Shown here piece after piece: positions 1 through 33,221 of a stretch of 64,000 nt of DNA. The first letter of the stretch is position 1. Each line of letters begins with the position of its first letter. The translations under genes and the position numbers were made by a program. The stretch comes from Macrostomum lignano (Eukaryota): the NCBI GenBank assembly GCA_002269645.1, contig NIVC01000697.1, forward strand, positions 1 to 64,000, given 5' to 3'. The notes under the pieces were generated by a model. The model saw only the letters and a list, made by a program, of their open reading frames with translations, did not search any database and was not told the DNA's origin.

Positions 1-546
1 CTGAAATATATAGAGTAAAAAGAAGCCTTAGTCCAGATCATGCTGGTGCACGCCTGAACAAAATTGAATAATTACAAATGCATGCCGGAAAAAATGTAGT
101 GCATACCCATTCTCAAAAATACGCTAGTGTTGCGACAATAAATGACCTTGTTATATGTTGAGACAATAAAATACTTTTTTTAATGTGTGATAGACCTTTA
201 TTACCTGATAATTTGGTGGCTTTTTATGCTTATTTGGTGATAATATTTGCAGTGGAAAATTTATACACAAAAAATATTTGTTTAAATGCTCTTTTACGAG
301 CTTGAAACAACTGGAAAGCTTGAAATTTGGGCTTAAAAATGAACTTTTTCATCTTTTTTCTACTTCACAATAACTCTTACGCATGATTCTATAAAGTGCA
401 TACCAGGTGTGCACACATACTATCTTCTCAAGAGTGATGTACGCCAACTATGCACGCCTAATTTTGGCATGCAAGGCCAATGCATACCTGAATTTTGGGC
501 ATATACTACATGATCCAGAGTGTGGAGAAGAAGTAAGCCCTATGAT

Positions 547-2226
547 GGTGCATGACCAAGACCGCCACATACCAAGACCACCACAGCTCTTATTGGCTAC
601 TGGAATTGAAGGGGAGCTACCAATCTTCCAGCATTGCTATTGGTTGTGATGGGTTGTGGAATTAGATAAGGAGGAAGCATCCTAAGATTAGTCATTAATA
701 AGATTAATAAGTGGCCCAAAACAATTGCAAGTCAACCAGGGCAATTTAAAAAATTCAAATTGAATGAAAAAAGAGGAGCTTGCATGACTCACTTACTCAC
801 CTGGCCTGCTTACCAGTTCTTCTCTTGTGGCCTTGTCTTGCTGGCTCCCTTCCTTAACACCATCCAATAACATGGCAAGCCAAATTCCTCTCCTTTAACT
901 CCCCAAGTGTGGTGGTCTTGGCATAGAATATACACAGAATGCCAAATTGAGCGATTTCCATGAAGCCAAATTAAAATTTATGTGCACTACTCTTGTTGTG
1001 AAATCTATGGCCAGTAGTATAAATTAGTGAAGAATAATTTAGCAAAGTCTTGCAGACAGTCAGAAATCCTACCTGGAGGACCAAATGTAAAATTTTATCA
1101 TTTTTTTATATTTTATTATCTAAATAAACCAAACAGTCTGAAGAACTCTAGTCAAACAGAATTCATTCGCATCATCAATAAGCAACAGCTACAACAACAA
1201 CAAGGTACTGCTCCCGCCAGCCATGCAGTAGCCAGAAAAGGGGGAGCAGTCAGAAAGCGCTAAGCAACAGATAAGAAGAATTCATTCGCATCACAGTTAA
1301 ACAGCATTTAATTGCATCAGTTTCTTCCTCTTTTCAGCTCTCTTTATTCCTGTTGTATGCCCCCACTTTCTCTGCTGAGCGAGCATCCTCTGACTATTGC
1401 ACCAATGATGCAGGCGAAGTCTGGCAAACAACTTGGCCATTGCCTTCAGCACAGCATTTGCTGTGATCCGAGCTTTGCATCTGAATATTTGCAATGGGAA
1501 ACATTGGGAAAGAACTTTTCCTGAAGCTGTTTGCTCATATCCTTAAGAATGAATAGCTTTTTGTCTGTTGTCGTGAAGGAGCACTCCATCTGACAGACTG
1601 CAGATATGACTGCCTTGTTGGGAATGATCAGATTTCCAGTCCCGCCTTATCCGTTCTTGAGCTGCAGGAAGCGCATCTCTTCCAAGCCATTGCCTTTTAA
1701 TGACTGCTGGCACTCCTCGCATTTTCCTCAAATTTGAATAGCTTGAAAAGTAGCCAGCCTCCAATGTAGGCGCACTTCTCATTTCCAATGCTGCCAACTA
1801 TGCCAGCAGGCAGGTCTTAAGCTTCCTCAGTGGAGTCTGCTGAAATTAGACCATTGCCCTGCGGACCAAGACTAGGCACACTTGCACTTGCTATTACTTT
1901 GGCCTGAAACTTGGTCAGCAAGATGCTACCATTGTTCTCATAGTTGCTGTTGGTCTGCAATAGACAGCCCAACAAGTGACTGACAGTGGATTTTCCAGCC
2001 ATGCTTAATTAGTTAGTTAGAACTTAGTTTTCATTTGAAAGCAAAGAATAAAAGTTGCTCTTAGAATAGTCTATGACAAAAACTCAAGTCCTACTTATCA
2101 AAGCTTCACAACAAGAGTAGGCTAGTGATTTCAATTCTTGCACCAATTTTTTAAACAAAAATGCTCAAACCAGCATTTTGTGTATATTCTGTGGGTCTTA
2201 GTATGTGGCAATTTTGGTCCTGCACC
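547..2226 (+). mobile_element. Non-autonomous TIR element (MITE, Merlin-like), copy E1, interrupted by a P-like element (MITE parts 547-921 and 2202-2226)
   Basis: Left end GGTGCATGACCAAGACCGCCACATACCAAGAC at 547. The reverse complement of the right end (2194-2226) is GGTGCAGGACCAAAATTGCCACATACTAAGACC. Flanked by 8-mers CCTATGAT (539-546) and CTTATGAC (2227-2234). Segment 547-921 aligns in inverted orientation to 2235-2652. GGNRM termini with an 8-bp TSD match the Merlin description; the family call is tentative. Confidence 0.7.
922..2193 (-). mobile_element. Internally deleted P-superfamily DNA transposon with a degenerate C-terminal transposase (THAP9/P-like) fragment at ~1297-1775
   Basis: TIRs CATAGAATATACACAGAATGC (922-942) and revcomp CACAGAATATACACAAAATGC (2173-2193) match at 19/21. 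8-bp TSD GGTCTTGG (914-921) / GGTCTTAG (2194-2201). Termini fit CANRG. Frameshifted minus-strand peptides AYIGGWLLFKL..KCEECQQSL..FLQLKNG*GGTGNLIIPNKAV..MECSF..RLRLHHWC resemble the P-transposase C-terminal YIAGY / CxxC / KNRGGLxxPS pattern (recognised by eye). Confidence 0.7.
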
Positions 2227-2234
2227 CTTATGAC

Positions 2235-2652
2235 GGTGTAGGACCAAGACCGCCACACACCAAGACCGCCACACTTGGGGGAGCTAGGAGGGAGGAATTT
2301 GGCTCGCCATGTTATTGGATGGTGCTAAGGAGGGGTGAGATGGGGAGAGCCAGCAAGACAAGGCCACGAGAGAGGAACTGGTGAGCAGGCCAGCCTGGCC
2401 AGGTAGGTGGTGAGCCAGGCTCCTTGTTTTTTTCATTTAATTTGAATTGTTAAAATTGCCCTGGTTGACTTGCAATCATTTTGGGCCACTTATTCATCTT
2501 ATCAGTGACAATCTTGGGACACTTCCTCCTCATCTAACTCCACAACTCATCATAACCAATAGCAATGCTGGAAGATTAGTAGCTTCCCCTCAATTCCAAT
2601 AGTCAGTAAGAGCTGTGGCAGTCTTGGTATGTGGCGGTCTTGGTCATGCGCC
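2235..2652 (-). mobile_element. MITE (Merlin-like), copy E2, complete, inverted relative to E1
   Basis: Starts GGTGTAGGACCAAGACCGCCACACACCAAGAC and ends GTCTTGGTATGTGGCGGTCTTGGTCATGCGCC. Perfect 8-bp direct repeats CTTATGAC at 2227-2234 and 2653-2660. Confidence 0.75.
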
Positions 2653-5600
2653 CTTATGACATATCTATGATATCTAACAATATTTTATTTATTAAATAGA
2701 AGAAATTTAAAGAAATCATAGAGTAACTAAATAACTTGAATTAAATCTAAATTATTGTTGGCAAATTTGCTTTAAGCTTGTTTTGACTTTTAGTGGAACT
2801 TTTGAAATTTTTATTGATAGACATTTTATATATATATTTCAAGATGAATTTAAAGAATTCATTGGGATTAAAATAGTTTCTGTAATATGCATTAAAAGTC
2901 AAGCAACTTTATACTATATATAAGGACTTCAAGTTCAGTGAGATTTTTAGAGGTGAAAATTATTTACTCTACTAGAAAATTAAAACTTTAAAAATTAAAT
3001 ATTTTGATACTTTTTTGCAGTATTTGGTTAAATAATAAAAGTTTTTTAAGCAAAGGAGCCTACAAAGCCTATATTGAGATAGTATATTTAAGTTACTATT
3101 AGCTAACTTAGAGATTCTAATATACACAGTATTTGGTCAGTCATAGGATGTCTTGGTGCATGCACCATAATCCAGATTATGCTAAAAAGTAGGCCCTAAT
3201 TAGCAGATGTTTTTCTACATTTCTGCTTTTTAGGCTACGCTTCATACACTATCCATTTAATAAATCATAAGGACCAATCGAAATTCCACAATGGCTCGGA
3301 TAATTTGACGGTTAACAACTTAGCATAACTTAACCATAAAGTACACACATTTGAGCGCTACTGATCAAAACAGATTGTATCATTAGAGTTTAAACAAAAC
3401 CAACATCTAAAACAACTAAAGTTATTGTTGCCTTTTTTTAAAATTGTATCTTTGTCACTTAAAATTTTTGCCTAATTTAAAAAAATGATATTTTAAGAAG
3501 TAATGTAAGGAAGGGAGGTTTAACGAGTATAACTTTATTTGAAGCTGATCTCTTAATTTGATCTCTGAAAACTGCAATTTGGAATCAAAGGAAGGATCCC
3601 CTGGTTTGTTGTAAGGACGGAACACTCGCCGATCGTGAAAAAAGATACTAAGGCCTTTTACAGCATGGCATGCACAATGTTTTCGAGCAGAAATGAAATG
3701 AAGCAAAAACAAGCAGTTTCTAATTGCTTCTTTCTGTTGGTAGTTAATGCATTATTATTTTAAATGAAATTTATCAATATTTTTGTTTACACTACATCGA
3801 TAATTGCCATAAACAGCTTATACTCGGTAACTACTTAACCTTCCTATCTCCGTATACGCTAGGCAAATCCAATGCGATGTACTGCAATTAGTATAGTTAG
3901 GTATAGCCGCTGTGTGTACATGACATAGTAATACAATGATGAATTCATGTGTACATGTACGAGTAAATGTGTAACTGCATTACAACAGCACTAATTAACT
4001 ATTGATTGTGTTGTGATGTGATCTAAAACGTATAAATTTTTTCAAATGATTGAAGGTCGAGTGACTATTACCAATTTTAGACATACTCGAGTATGACTTC
4101 TGATCTATTTATATGCTTGGAATAAAACATTAAACAATTGTTACTAAATCGTAATGTTTAAGTTCATTGAAACAGAAAATCTAATAGCAGATTGCTACGC
4201 ATTGCTTGTGAAATATAGGAATAATTTTGAGATGCAATAAATAACAAAGTTTACTAGCATATCGATATTGCGCTTATCGAATGACCAATCAATTATTGTG
4301 TTCTTAGAGCTATATATGCGCAGTAAAATATTTAGGCCATGTCTAGAATAAAAACGGAGCTATTTATGCTTGTATACCAAAGGGCTTAAAATCTGCATGC
4401 TGACTGGAAGGTACAAAGCACACTAAAGTTAATCATTAATAATTGTCACTTTCACGTGCGGGTGCACTACTGCTTTTATTCGTTAGGTATTGCAAAAGTG
4501 CTTTTAACTGTGGCCATACTTACTAATTTAAAACAGTTTCAATTGAAATCAAATGAACGGAGTTTAGCAAGCCAAATGATCGTCAAACGTTGATATCTCG
4601 AGTTAGGACAGGACGAAAAAAATCGCACATAAACTTGGAAAAAGCACGATTATTTTACCAAACTAAAAAGAGAAATTCGTGGCATTGATTTCGTTATGCA
4701 TTCTGTTCTTAATAGCAATATGTGGGAATCGAAGCTTCGTTTGGATTTAATTAAACTCGCGTAGCAACAGCACGCTTGCTAACGCGAGAACAATTACAAT
4801 AGCTTGCTTGCTGGCTCGAAAGGTATCCCTCGGTGTTCAAGTATTGCCTTTGACATGCTAGAGAATTTGGCCAAGCTAGTTTATACATTAGCTAATTCAG
4901 ACTGAGGATAATTTTGTCTATGGCTAAACCTTACTTCCGTTAGAATGTTTTGAGCTGGGGTTAGACTGGGCCCCAGTCTAAATTGTCTGAATTGAATTTC
5001 CGCTAGTTTTTTAGAACCGGAATTTGATCAAAATTGAACGTGAAAAGGTGTATCGTATAATGCTATAATGCTAATATTAGTTCAGTATTCTTTGGTTGAT
5101 ACTCAGCTATCTGCTGCATGCAGACACAGACATAGACAGACAGCTTGATAAGCAAATATACTCAGCAACATTGAAAAGTCGCCACTCTATGCGCCAGTGA
5201 GCATTTTTCTGGGACTATTCTGAAATAAAAGGTACGAGAAAACTGATCCAGGTAGCTTTAATCCGTCCAACCCTCGCACAACGCTCCCCCCACTTTATTC
5301 CTCAACTCTAGTCTGCCGCAGCGTAGCTAAGTTGCGTCACTCGCAAAGATTGAGACTTTAACCTGCACTCTCGAAAGTGGCGACCACAGACTTTTCGATA
5401 TAGATAATTGGACACGCGAATTGAGAATCACGCCATTTTCTGTTGTTTCGTCTCGCTCATAACCCCACTCTCTGCATACGAGATGGCACCCCCTGCGAGT
5501 TCTGCTGATCGAACGCTGCGGAATTCGCCAACTCTTTGCTGAAGGCAGCGATCAAAAGCCGCCTGACGCAGCCCGACGTTGTCGAAGAGGAAGCAGATGC

Positions 5601-6406
5601 CCCCGACAGCATCAAACAGGAGGAACGGCGGAGGTTTATGTTATTGGAGAGGGTGGCGAAAGAATCGTGGCCGCATGGGAGCTGAAAAACTTCCGCCGGG
5701 TGGGCCGTTAGCTGGCGATGCAGCCATTCTGAACATTTGCATTCTGCGTTGTTCTGCTTCCTGGTTTCTGCATTCTGAGCTGCATTCCGCATTCTCAATT
5801 CGCGTGTCAGGCTGTCTATAGTGGCAATGCATATTGACGCTCCGTCTACGAGTATGTCTGTGTCTGGGGTCCATGAGAATTGCCCGCAGACGAATTGCCC
5901 ACGAGCTTTTCCCGCCGGGCAATTCTCGTGCTCCTGTGTCAGCATGCAGCAGATAGCCGAGTCTCAACTATTCATAGATTGGCCAAATTTTCATTTCACT
6001 AGGCAACTTGTGGGATCTATGCAGCCCACCAAGAAGTAGTGTGTACACTGAATGACCATTCCATATAAGCGTAGATATTACAGCTTGTTTCTGTGCACAC
6101 ACTAAGATCCGATCGGATTAAAAAATAATAATCAAAGATCAAAGCTCAATGATACACGTATGACCCCTTCGATCAAATTTCAAAACAGAATTTGAGACTT
6201 AAAAGAAAAAAAACGCAAAATTATATAATAATAATACAGACTAAAAATCAGTAATGAAATTTATGTCTGATCAGTAGAAAAAAAACTGTGACAAAATATT
6301 TATAAAATATTTAACAATTTACTCGTATTGCACAGTGTCAGTTCCCTTGAAGTAGACTGATTAATTAATATGGCCATGTACACTTAGCGTGAAGAATATG
6401 CAATTC

Positions 6407-27660
<21,254 letters not shown>

Positions 27661-29274
27661 CTTTAAGACTTTATCTATGTAAGATAGCTATTTATTCACA
27701 GTCACACTCAGTGTAAAAAAACTCAAGACTAGGCCTAGACAGATGCCCTGAATTACTTTACATTAAAAAATAACATAGGACAACAAAGCCATTCTTTTCA
27801 ATTTTTTTACGGATGCCGCAAGAAAGGTTTTAGTTAAAGATTATCGGGGGAAATTTTAGATCCTGAGGAATGAGAATAGGAATGGATGAATTATAATTAT
27901 TATATCGATAAAAAATATTTTTAGCTAGAATGTAAAATCGCGCCTAAAATTATTAGACTCCGGTTTAACAAATCAAAAGCAGTCTTCTATTGAAGCAAAC
28001 ATTCTACTTTAGAAGTTGCTACTTATAGGACTCAAAAATCTTATATACAAATAATTAATTTGTTTGCATTACCTCGCGCAGGAACTTTTATCTCTAATAT
28101 TTAAACTTTGCGTATCTGCTCGTATCATTGTTTAGGCACTCTTACTGCAAGATTAGTGGTGTATCAAGTAAGGGGTACAGGAAAATCTATCCTCAATACG
28201 TTGATATTTTCTATTATTTTTTTCATAAAAATGTTGTTTCTCGCTTTTTTCGACTCTTAACCCCAATCGATGCCTTCAAATTAAAGTAAAGTAAATGCAT
28301 GGTAGATCGATGTACATCCACCTGTAAATTAGTTACCGTAACTACATTTGTGATACATTTTTATTGAAGTTCCTCTAATATACGAGTTGATCAATCTTAC
28401 CAGTGAAAGACTAATTCAAAGAGCACCTAGCCAGGTCAGCACATAAAACCTCTCTGAGAGGACGCACAGTAATAATGGCAACCGGCCAAAAAGAAACAAA
28501 GTAAGAGCGGTAAGCCCTCACAGAAATAGAAAATCAGCAGAAAGCAGCTCATCTGGGGTCAGAGATAATAAACTGAAATTATATTTGAGGGTTAAAGAGC
28601 CCTACTGGCCTCTCTATTATTCAAGTTACTGCAGAAGACAATCAAACGAAACGGTTCGAGAAAATTTGGTGCGAGGTAACAAATGATTATAGTATAGCAG
28701 CCAAGCAAGCCGGTGCGGCTGACAGGCGACGTAAACCGACTCAACAGGTTTGACAAGCACGGCGTACGCGCCAGAAACTGGCGAGCTCTCAGGGGTTGAG
28801 GGTAAGCCCACCTGTACCATACACTGCAGACCATGGTTGCTTAAAACCCTTGCCGTTGCTAACTGCGCTAACAAACAACTCAACAGTGGCAGGGGAGAGA
28901 AGAAAAACACCGCTTCTTTATGAATAAACTTCAACTAAAATTCCGAGCAACATTCCTTTGCTCTCGGTAAGCTCGTTAACCTCGGTTAAGCTCTATTAAT
29001 GTGCTTAAATATTTTAAGAGCTGAGAGTTGGAATCGTATAAGTAATTGCTGCATGGTAAGATGTACATATACATTTATAAGCAGAGACTCGGCCGTAACT
29101 CCTATAGGTGATCAAGTCAGGTTCAAAAGGCCTTGAGAACCCATAGAGTTGGACCTGCAGTAAACCATTTTACCGTGGAGCTTTGATGTGCGCGTAAGTC
29201 ACCTGACGGCGCGAAAAAATCGAAAAAATCGAAAGTAAAGTAAAGTCATTTTGCTCATTTTGCTCATTTACTCA

Positions 29275-30410
29275 TTTTGCCTGCAGCGCCAAAATGAGTG
29301 CCTGCAGCGCCAAAATGAGTGCCTGCAGCGCCAAAATGAGTGCCTGTGGCGCTAAAATGAGTGGCTGCGGCGCTAAAATGAGTGCCTGCAGCGCCAAAAT
29401 GAGTGCCTGCAGCGCCAAAATGAGTGCCTACAGCGCCAAAATGAGTGCCTGCAGCGCCAAAATGAGTGCCTGCAGCGCCAAAATGAGTGCCTGTGGCGCT
29501 AAAATGAGTGGCTGCGGCGCTAAAATGAGTGCCTGTGGCGCTAAAATGAGTGCCTGCAGCGCCAAAATGAGTGCCTGTGGCGCTAAAATGAGTGGCTGCG
29601 GCGCTAAAATGAGTGCCTGCAGCGCCAAAATGAGTGCCTGCAGCGCCAAAATGAGTGCCTGCAGCGCCAAAATGAGTGCCTGCAGCGCCAAAATGAGTGC
29701 CTGCAGCGCCAAAATGAGTGCCTGTGGCGCTAAAATGAGTGGCTGCGGCGCTAAAATGAGTGCCTGCAGCGCCAAAATGAGTGCCTGCAGCGCCAAAATG
29801 AGTGCCTGTGGCGCTAAAATGAGTGGCTGCGGCGCTAAAATGAGTGCCTGTGGCGCTAAAATGAGTGCCTGCAGCGCCAAAATGAGTGCCTGTGGCGCTA
29901 AAATGAGTGGCTGCGGCGCTAAAATGAGTGCCTGCAGCGCCAAAATGAGTGCCTGCAGCGCCAAAATGAGTGCCTGCAGCGCCAAAATGAGTGCCTGCAG
30001 CGCCAAAATGAGTGCCTGCAGCGCCAAAATGAGTGCCTGTGGCGCTAAAATGAGTGGCTGCGGCGCTAAAATGAGTGCCTGCAGCGCCAAAATGAGTGCC
30101 TGCAGCGCCAAAATGAGTGCCTGCAGCGCCAAAATGAGTGCCTGCAGCGCCAAAATGAGTGCCTGTGGCGCTAAAATGAGTGGCTGCGGCGCTAAAATGA
30201 GTGCCTGTGGCGCTAAAATGAGTGCCTGCAGCGCTAAAATGAGTGCCTGCAGCGCCAAAATGAGTGCCTGCAGCGCCAAAATGAGTGCCTGCAGCGCCAA
30301 AATGAGTGCCTGCGGCGCTAAAATGAGTGGCTGCGGCGCTAAAATGAGTGCCTGCGGCGGCGCTAAAATGCGTGCCTGCGGCGCTAAAATGAGTGCCTGC
30401 GGCGCTTTAT
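29275..30410. repeat. Minisatellite, 21-bp unit (GCCTGCAGCGCCAAAATGAGT), three variants in a higher-order pattern
   Basis: Intergenic tandem array. Confidence 0.95.
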
Positions 30411-32347
30411 AAAATGAGTGCTGACAAGACGGATTCTAAAAATAATCGGTACATGATAGTGTGCATTTTCCATATATAAAAACCTAACTCGACGGGGGCG
30501 TGCGCCCTGTGTGCCCCCCCCCCAATCCGCCGCTGAACCTTGCCCCCCCACACTTTTTGAAAAGTTCCTATACCTATGTCGTCATAGAAACAAAGTGCCT
30601 ATCAGGCTTCAATAGATTTAAGAGTTTTAGATCTTTTAGCAGAAACCGTTTTCTTACAAAGTTTATAAGTTGAAAAAAACGACGCTAGGTGCGCGGTGGC
30701 ACAACTTATTGTACATATACTACAGGCCGTTCTGTGCTGCTGCATGATCGCGGTCAGCCCCTTAGTTAACTAAGACTAAACGTAGAAGCGCCGAGCTGCA
30801 AAAGCAAACCAAGCATGCATTCATCTCTCTGCAGCAGGTTGTGACAACAATGGCCAGCTCTGAGTGTGCCTGTTTGTCTTGGGTGTGTCAGCACAATTGG
30901 GGGCTGCTGTGTGCTATTCGTGTCTTTTTAAAGGCTTATTCTGCATAACTGGGCGTGTGCTTTCTCAGTCAGCACTTCAACCACTGTGAATTGAGCTTGG
31001 CTATAAAAAAAAGAATTGTCGAGTGTGTTTTGCATGGCATCGAACAAAAAGTGGGGCTGCTGTTATAGCAAAGGCAGAGGTCCACTGGTAGGGAGCGCGG
31101 TTAAACGTGAAAATATGTATTGCAGGTACTGCGGCACTGCAATATGTGCCTGCATGCAACTTCCGAATTGCTAATACTTCGTATATTGAATAATCAAAAG
31201 TGTGAGAACAAAGTTCTAAAAAATAGACGAATTTAGTGGAAAAAATCAAATAAAAAGATAGGGAACAGTTGAAGTTTCGCCCAAACTTTGCTTGCCTACT
31301 GCTAGTTGCAGCTCATGTAAGAATAGCTCGATAAACTTATGAGTGCACCTCGCACAAAATTAATAAGATTGTAAACAACTTTAATCAATGTAGTTGAAAT
31401 TCTGTGCAGGCAAACAATAAAATGGAATTGCCGGGAAATTCTTGCCTAGAACCGTATCAGACAAAAGGAAACAATCCTGAAAGTTGCAAGCTCTAAATGT
31501 TATGAGATAGGCTGGTTGTTGGAGTTTAGCAGATAATGTCTATGGTCAAGCCTGTTTCCGATACGCTGATGGGTAGGGAGTTGAGCCATAGACTAAATTT
31601 CAGGAAGTGAGACTTGTTCACTTCTGGGGAGGAATGATACCGAGTTTTGCTACCACTCTGATCTGCATGCTTACTACGTCTAGAGAATGCTGAACTTAAG
31701 CAATATACCTGACCAAATGGTCTCTGGCTAATCAACAGAAGAGCTAGAATGTGTTACTTCTGAATCAGCAATTCTGCATTGCGTGTGGATTAACTTCCAA
31801 TGTCGTAAACTTCAATCGAACCATTCAAAACTGCATAGGATCTGGCATAGATAAACAGTAGTAATTTCGAGTGACTGACAGAATTCAACTGAAGTTTCAA
31901 ACAGACAATTGAAATTCGATTAAAAATCACATTTCAAGCTGATCTACCATAATACAGACTATAGTGAAGAGAGAATCAAGTCTTTTTCAACGTGTGTGAC
32001 TATAATATTTAGTTTAAGCAAGATGCATTCATTCACCCATCGCCTAAGTTAATATAGACACTAAAATAAAAGAACGACCAAGAAGGAAAACAATGGCAGG
32101 ATCTGAAGAGTTAAACAAACCGAAGCCATATCTTTTCTAATATACTAGTCTCGTACAGCAGCCACATACACGCAGCATAAACCTGCCTAGTAGGTGGCAG
32201 GAATGCAATTGAGGCTGCCGTTTCTCTTCTGTGAGCTGCGCAAACTCGGCGCTGCTCTCCCTCCCTAGTCTGTGAGCCAGCCAGTTCTAAGCTATGAGTA
32301 TGCGCTCATCGGCACCCACCTCAGGCTACCGCGTCAGCCCCCACAAT

Positions 32348-32355
32348 TATATAAA
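32348..32355 (+). promoter_or_regulatory. Candidate TATA box of the TAL gene
   Basis: TATATAAA in a GC-richer stretch ~105 bp upstream of the ATG. Confidence 0.45.
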
Positions 32356-32459
32356 CGCTCTGCATGGGCTCAGCCTCTGCGGACTACCAACAGAGACGGT
32401 GTCAAGGTTCGTCAAGACAAGGCCCGAATAGTTAACCCCAATAGTTGCTACCCAAAAAT

Positions 32460-33221
32460 ATGGAGGCATTCAAAGAAGCCTGGCTAGCCATCGATGTCCA
32501 AGGCAGGGGCAGCATCACTTCCCGGGACTTGTCGGCTTACATGAAAAAGCAGAACTACGATGACGCCTTCGTTAATGTAAGACTTGATTTCTGATTTGTA
32601 CAACTCACTGTAAATTGACAACAATCTCCATTCCTCCCAGAAATGGATGCGACTGTTCGACCAGGACAACTCGGGCACCATCGAGGTGGAAGAGTACTGC
32701 GACGTGCTCGGTTTGAATCCGAAGCAGATGTAAGCCGGTTGATTAAGTCTCTTGTGTACTTGAATTCGATAGACGCGACTGTTAAATGAGTACTTTTTAC
32801 ATTACACATTCGTTTAGCCGACGTATGACGTCAGTATTTACAATGTACTCGTACTTTAGCCGCGGATCCGTGAGATTCTCAAGCAATCCCATCCTTCTCT
32901 TGTAACAGCATGTCCGAGGTTCGCTCGCGCATTGCCACTGGCTCCATGCCCGAAGGCGTCGAGTACATTTCCGGCGATATGGATCTTAGCTGGCAGATCA
33001 AGATCGCCAACCTGACCCTCGAGGGCCTGCGCACCAACCAGAACATGAAGGACGTGCCCAAGTGGATCAAGACCCAGGCCGACCGGCAGTTCAACCAGCT
33101 GTGGCACGTGGTTATCGTCAACGGCCAGTTCTGGTGCTACTTCGGCCACGAGCCCGCCTACTCGTTCATCTTCCGCTACGGCAAGCAGATCTTCATCATC
33201 TTCAGGACTCCCTTCACCTAA
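32460..33221 (+). CDS. Tegumental allergen-like (TAL) family protein: N-terminal EF-hand pair plus C-terminal dynein light chain-like domain, 172 aa; join(32460-32576, 32641-32729, 32909-33221)
   Basis: MEAFKEAWLAIDVQGRGSITSRD..KWMRLFDQDNSGTIEVEEYCDVLGL (EF2 loop canonical), then ..WIKTQADRQFNQLWHVVIVNGQFWCYFGHEPAYSFIFRYGKQIFIIFRTP. GT-AG introns of 64 and 179 nt. AATAAA at 33520. Confidence 0.9.

Noticed and set aside
5505-5686. Protein-like plus-strand frame (SNAAEFANSLLKAAIKSRLTQPDVVEEEADAPDSIKQEERRRFMLLERV)
   Set aside because: No start codon or convincing splice sites, and no recognisable family. Needs transcript data.
5872-5930. 59-bp hairpin with 15-bp arms (14/15 match) and an internal GAATTGCCC repeat
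   Set aside because: Probably a tiny MITE relic; no TSD and no RNA-gene features.
31526-31735. Minus-strand peptide PTHQRIGNRLDH resembling a LINE endonuclease motif
   Set aside because: A single short motif amid several stops; insufficient without a search.
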